Source: Fidelibacterota bacterium (GTDB lineage: Bacteria; Fidelibacterota; Marinisomatia; Marinisomatales; JABMOV01). Taken from it: a DNA stretch of 64,000 bases. Both the position numbers and the translations under genes were made by a program. How positions within the stretch are numbered: the first letter of the stretch is position 1; the number at the start of each line of letters is the position of its first letter. The notes beneath the pieces are model-generated. The model did not search any database, was not told the DNA's origin, and saw only the letters and a program-made list of their open reading frames with translations. Location: positions 39,762-103,761 of the forward strand of contig JBHHUC010000002.1 in the NCBI GenBank assembly GCA_046861395.1, read 5' to 3'. This document shows, piece after piece, positions 59,950 through 64,000 of the stretch.

Positions 59950-60193
59950 ATGGATCTCAAGAAAAAAGTTTCATCCCTATCATGCTGTATATGGGAGGAA
60001 CCCCGGCCATGCCCATGTAAGGGTTCTCCAATTCGGTAGCTACGATTCTCAATCATTATGGCCTGGAATACCAGATGGTGAATGTCCTGGAGGACCCGGA
60101 ATCCGGTTCAGACTGATGGTATAATCATAATGGCCTCCCTTTTCACAACTGGTTGTGAACGGAAAATTATTTGCTATTATGGATTACGCGTAG
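59950..60193 (+). pseudogene. Monothiol (CGFS/GrxD-type) glutaredoxin pseudogene
   Basis: Manual translation PIMLYMGGTPAMPM*GFSNSVATILNHYGLEYQMVNVLEDPE, then a frameshift to IRFRLMV*S*WPPFSQLVVNGKL; matches GrxD LYMKGTP..P.CGFS..VNVL..EIR..WPTFPQL.VNG. Confidence 0.8.
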
Positions 60194-60279
60194 CAACCAA
60201 AAATCCTTAACTATTCGCTGGTTGGCGGAAAATTTTTCTGTTAAATTTCCGGCCCGTTTCTTGATGGAAACAGGACCAT

Positions 60280-60351
60280 GGCCCGTTCGTCTAGTGGTTA
60301 GGACTCAAGATTTTCATTCTTGCAACAGGGGTTCGATTCCCCTACGGGCTA
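60280..60351 (+). tRNA. tRNA-Glu (TTC)
   Basis: GGCCCGT/ACGGGCT acceptor stem, CAAGA-TT-TTC-AT-TCTTG anticodon arm, GTTCGATTC T-loop; CCA not encoded. Confidence 0.95.
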
Positions 60352-60656
60352 CTTTCCCTCCCTTTCTCTATTCCCGTCGGTAAACCTGTTTTTTCTCGTC
60401 GATAAAGTGTAGCCCGTCAGAACAAGTTGGAGAGATTGGACAGATATAATAAGAGAGACTTTGGGAATATGCGGTGGTCAATAGTAAGTCATCTTGTTCC
60501 CACTGAGCGATAGGCACGAATGATAAATAGTATTTTCATATGTGTCATGGTTCCACCAATAAACCTCTAGCTGAACGTTTCGTTGTGCCACAGATACAGA
60601 AATAATACACATTGTAACGATAATTAAAGAATAATATTTCATAATCAACATCCTTT

Positions 60657-61913
60657 TTAGTTATATCCTATGAGTTTGGTATATCTTGAATTGGGTATAC
60701 CTAAATAGCACTCATTGTTAATTCCAATAGAAGGTGAGAAATCAGAACCAGGTACATTTTCAGGGAAATCTGAAGTCCATAAAATTGACCCGGTAGACGA
60801 TATACACATAAATTGATCTGAACCAATATAAATATTCCCAATTTTGTCGCTAATCAAATGAGGTCCTATTCGTGACACAGGTAATGTCCATAATAAATCA
60901 CCATTTATTGTAATTGCTACTAGTAGATCACCTTCATCATTTCTACCGGCATAGATGAGATTCCCATCTACAGTTAATGTTGGTGCATTTGAAGGGGAAA
61001 TACTGGTTACTCCCAAATTCTCCCAATGAACTTTCCAATTGACCTCCCCAACGTAATTCAGCGACGTAATACTGCTATCTCCCACATTGTTGAAATACAG
61101 GTTATCATCATTATCAACAACGATATATTCGTACCATCGCCCAGTCCAGTATGACCACAGAATATTGCCATCTGTTGAAATTGCATATATTGAATCTCTG
61201 CCCGTTGCAAACAGTGTCTGTCCATTGGTACTAAAAACAATGGGATTATATTGAGATTGAAAACCGTCATCTGTGCTTAATTGCCAACGTAAATCACCGT
61301 CAGCTGTCAGCGAAATCAGTGTATTTTGATTATCTTCTATGCAATAAAGGTTCCCTTCCATATCCAAAGCAATGCTTGTATTCAAATGCATCGGAAGTGA
61401 CCATATTTCCTCTCCATCTGTGCTGATAGCATGTAGTCTTTCGTCACCAATCTTTGCGGACGGTATATAGATTAGACCATTAGAACCAATAGTTGGTGTT
61501 GCCACGATTTCGCTGTAATAATTGTTTATACTATTTAAATAACATTTCCATAACACATCACCTGAATCATCAAGTGCATATAAGTAACATGTATCAGCAC
61601 TCGATGCTAAATATTTAACATTATTTTCTCCAATGACTGGGGATGAATTCAACCAAAATGAATCCTCATATATAAAAAATAATTGACCCACCTTTGGTCC
61701 TTCATATTGACTTCTCCCCGTACCTTGTGCATCATGTTGAAAAATAGGCCAGGGACTGTCGGCCAGAGACGGCCACGGGATTGGCTCCTGGCGGTAGGGA
61801 TTATCATCATTATTTCGGCTGTCATCACATCCGATTAGAAATACTAGTACAAATGACAGCTTAAGGCTTGTCCTGTAAAAAGTCCTTTTTCTTACATCCC
61901 ATCGTTTTGTCAT
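60657..61913 (-). CDS. PQQ-like (BamB-type) beta-propeller lipoprotein, AT-rich
   Basis: Lipobox LIGC; WP..QHD...TGRS; repeated LYAL..G...W blades. Confidence 0.82.
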   Translation of the reverse strand: MTKRWDVRKRTFYRTSLKLSFVLVFLIGCDDSRNNDDNPYRQEPIPWPSLADSPWPIFQHDAQGTGRSQYEGPKVGQLFFIYEDSFWLNSSPVIGENNVKYLASSADTCYLYALDDSGDVLWKCYLNSINNYYSEIVATPTIGSNGLIYIPSAKIGDERLHAISTDGEEIWSLPMHLNTSIALDMEGNLYCIEDNQNTLISLTADGDLRWQLSTDDGFQSQYNPIVFSTNGQTLFATGRDSIYAISTDGNILWSYWTGRWYEYIVVDNDDNLYFNNVGDSSITSLNYVGEVNWKVHWENLGVTSISPSNAPTLTVDGNLIYAGRNDEGDLLVAITINGDLLWTLPVSRIGPHLISDKIGNIYIGSDQFMCISSTGSILWTSDFPENVPGSDFSPSIGINNECYLGIPNSRYTKLIGYN

Positions 61914-61947
61914 GATGTATCCTCCAAAATACAGTGTGAATTTAAGT

Positions 61948-61960
61948 TATATATATATAT
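61948..61960. repeat. (TA)6T dinucleotide tract in the upstream region of the propeller gene
   Basis: tatatatatatat. Confidence 0.7.
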
Positions 61961-62255
61961 TGATTAAGCAAGGAAAAATGCAGAGGATTGAAACGCTTCG
62001 CGATCAAATCGTGCAGGAAATGAATATCCAATATCGAATTATGAACGTCCATTTATGATCGCCAAAATAGTAAATCACATATTGATATTCAGCAATCAGA
62101 TATGAATTGACTTTCTTGTATTTTACTATCATCCATGTTTCTTCCTGGCAATAATGTAATCTGTGCTACCCAAATTCCTGACAGTTTCAAAAAATCCAGC
62201 TTCATTATTAATGATACTCCTGCTAATTTCGCCCCTTCAAAGGCATCAGAAAGAC

Positions 62256-62693
62256 ATGAATATCCACTGGCATCCATATCTCGTCCACTTCCCCATTGCA
62301 TTAATGATCACATCCTGCGGTTTTTATCTGGCCTGGATTTTTACCCACCGCAAAGAATTGCACACCTTCAGCCAATACCTGCTGGGACTTTCCATACTAT
62401 CAGCGTTTTTTGCCGGCATCAGCGGCGAAAAAGCGGCCGTTCTGCAGGAACCTGACCTGACGCAGGATGTCCTGGCCCTTCTCGGCCGTCATGAATTATT
62501 TGCCAATCTGGCCATCTGGGGTGGTATTGCCACTTTTATCATCTGGATCTTTGGCATGAACCGTATGACCATGGACTCTGGTTTTAAGTGGGTCATCTTG
62601 ATTCTGTTGATTGCGCTGGTCGTTTTTATTTTATTCACCGGACAACTGGGTGGCGTGCTGGTTTATAATCACGGAATGGGCATTTCTCCCTAA
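62256..62693 (+). CDS. DUF2231-like membrane protein
   Basis: HPYLVHFPIAL, A..SGE, RHE, TG.LGG.LVY.HG. Confidence 0.82.
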   Translation: MNIHWHPYLVHFPIALMITSCGFYLAWIFTHRKELHTFSQYLLGLSILSAFFAGISGEKAAVLQEPDLTQDVLALLGRHELFANLAIWGGIATFIIWIFGMNRMTMDSGFKWVILILLIALVVFILFTGQLGGVLVYNHGMGISP

Positions 62694-62742
62694 CCCTTTT
62701 TTCCTTGCCCTTCTTTTCCCGGACTCTGTAAGCTGAGTCACC

Positions 62743-63999
62743 ATGAAAACTCTTCTCGCAGCTTTACTGCTTTTTCAGGGTGCCTTTTCCATCACCATCT
62801 CGGGCATGGTCCTGGATTCCACGACCCAAAAGCCGGTTCCCGGTGTCAATATACAGGTCATTGGAACATCCCTGGGTACAGCCACCGATGAAGCAGGACA
62901 GTTCACGCTGGTCGTCCATAAATCGTTACCGGTTCACCTCCAGGTTTCCCATATTGCATTTCATCCCATTACACTGACTGTTTCCCACGCAGAACCCAGT
63001 CTGACAATTATACTGGTCCCCACTGTGATTGAGGGACAGGTCATTGAGGTCACCGGCACTCGTCCCCTCTACAAGGCCGATGTATCGGCCGATGTGGATC
63101 TCATCGCGATCGAAGACATGGAAATCCAGGGCGCCCGTGAGGTGGGCAGTGCGTTGCGAAGGATTACCAGTGTCAATATCGATTATACCAATAACGGGAA
63201 ACAAACCATCACCATCCGAGGCAGCAATCCTGAGGATGTGGCGGTTTATCTTGACGGGGTTAAAATCAATCAGGCCAACACCGGGATTGCAGATCTCTCC
63301 ATGGTGGATATTAACAGCCTGGCGGAAATCCAGGTCATCAAGGGCGGCAACACGACCCTGTTCGGTGGTGGGAATACAGGTGGTGTTTTGAACTTGGAAT
63401 CGCGACATATCATGGAAAACTCCCTCCAAGTCAAACAGGGAATGGGCATAACATTCAAAAATGACGCCGATTTTAGCGCCTCGGGAACGGTGAAAAAAGG
63501 GATTGTCGGAGTGGGGGGAAGATATACGGGTATGAACCGGGCCTATGCCGGACGCACAATCACCACCTCATTGTTTAACACATTGTTCAGTGACATCACC
63601 TTTCCGTCCGGACTGTTGAGTGTGCGGTGGCTTCGGCTGGAAAAAGCTCTCACATTCCCATCCGGTGGCGTAAACCTGGCTGATGGTATGGATCTGGTCA
63701 GTGCCAAATATTCCGGAAATCTTCCTTATACGGGAAAATGGGAATTATTCTATGGCAACCGTACCTGGAGCAATGAACAGGATTTTCTCACAAGTCTGAA
63801 AGAGAATATCAGGGATGATACGGAAACGATGCGTCTTTCCAAGATGATAGAATATCGTGTTATTCAAAGTACATTGCAATATGAACGTGAATTTCAGCAA
63901 TTCCTGGGCAATAAAACTCAGTTGGACATCGCGGGGAAGAAAATTGCCCACCGCCGGTCCCGGCTGAACCCAGATCCAGAACGTTTTGGTTGGAATTAG
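62743..63999 (+). CDS. TonB-dependent receptor, N-terminal part (probable frameshift near 63970)
   Basis: ISGMVLD..PVPGVNI, IRGS..VAVYLDG, IQVIKGGNTTLFGG..GGVLN; at 418 aa it is too short for a full barrel. Confidence 0.85.
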   Translation: MKTLLAALLLFQGAFSITISGMVLDSTTQKPVPGVNIQVIGTSLGTATDEAGQFTLVVHKSLPVHLQVSHIAFHPITLTVSHAEPSLTIILVPTVIEGQVIEVTGTRPLYKADVSADVDLIAIEDMEIQGAREVGSALRRITSVNIDYTNNGKQTITIRGSNPEDVAVYLDGVKINQANTGIADLSMVDINSLAEIQVIKGGNTTLFGGGNTGGVLNLESRHIMENSLQVKQGMGITFKNDADFSASGTVKKGIVGVGGRYTGMNRAYAGRTITTSLFNTLFSDITFPSGLLSVRWLRLEKALTFPSGGVNLADGMDLVSAKYSGNLPYTGKWELFYGNRTWSNEQDFLTSLKENIRDDTETMRLSKMIEYRVIQSTLQYEREFQQFLGNKTQLDIAGKKIAHRRSRLNPDPERFGWN

Positions 64000-64000
64000 T

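Noticed and set aside
60171..60383. 70-aa ORF
   Set aside because: Overlaps tRNA-Glu and its promoter
61978..62301. Short ORFs in the AT-rich gap (MQRIETLRDQ..; 62089-62301)
   Set aside because: No recognisable motif; cannot be supported
1..64000. CRISPR array, rRNA, prophage, integrase, reverse transcriptase or defence genes
   Set aside because: No regularly spaced repeats or diagnostic motifs seen by eye; small ncRNAs could have been missed without covariance-model searches

Overview
Bacterial chromosomal window, about 50% GC by eye. Type IX secretion (T9SS) C-terminal domains, a PorV-family gene, dockerin-like tails and TonB receptors with N-terminal carboxypeptidase-regulatory-like domains point to the FCB superphylum (Marinimicrobia/Calditrichota-like; this is an inference). 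Left to right: a cusCBA-type heavy-metal RND efflux operon led by a Cys/Met-rich leader ORF; a decayed ISL3 element; tRNA-Pro and tRNA-His; an lptF-like gene, pyrimidine-nucleoside phosphorylase and a HEAT-repeat gene. A roughly 36 kb minus-strand block follows: PBP1A, two-subunit fumarase, 2-oxoacid:ferredoxin oxidoreductase, YhhQ/deaminase/TolB-like genes, a TonB receptor + T9SS cargo + PorV cassette, a putative heme uptake/sequestration cluster, a full suf operon, two secreted peptidases, eukaryote-type citrate synthase and maeB. Then come an orphan CcmC-like gene; an msbA + three TagF-like + cytidylyltransferase + DUF1015 operon; groES-like/hemW, amn and xth; an unannotated CGFS glutaredoxin pseudogene; tRNA-Glu with an AT-rich islet; DUF2231; and a TonB receptor at the right edge. 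Best leads: (1) a candidate metal-sensing ribosome-arrest leader peptide (HAPP motif) with a perfect anti-SD/SD pairing over the cusC start; (2) the TagF x3/cytidylyltransferase/DUF1015 surface-polymer pathway; (3) the SusD-less TonB/T9SS-cargo/PorV cassette, whose cargo carries a CxxCH motif; (4) the HmuY-like/HsmA-like heme cluster. No CRISPR array, rRNA, integrase or phage genes were seen. All family calls come from motif recognition by eye, not database searches.
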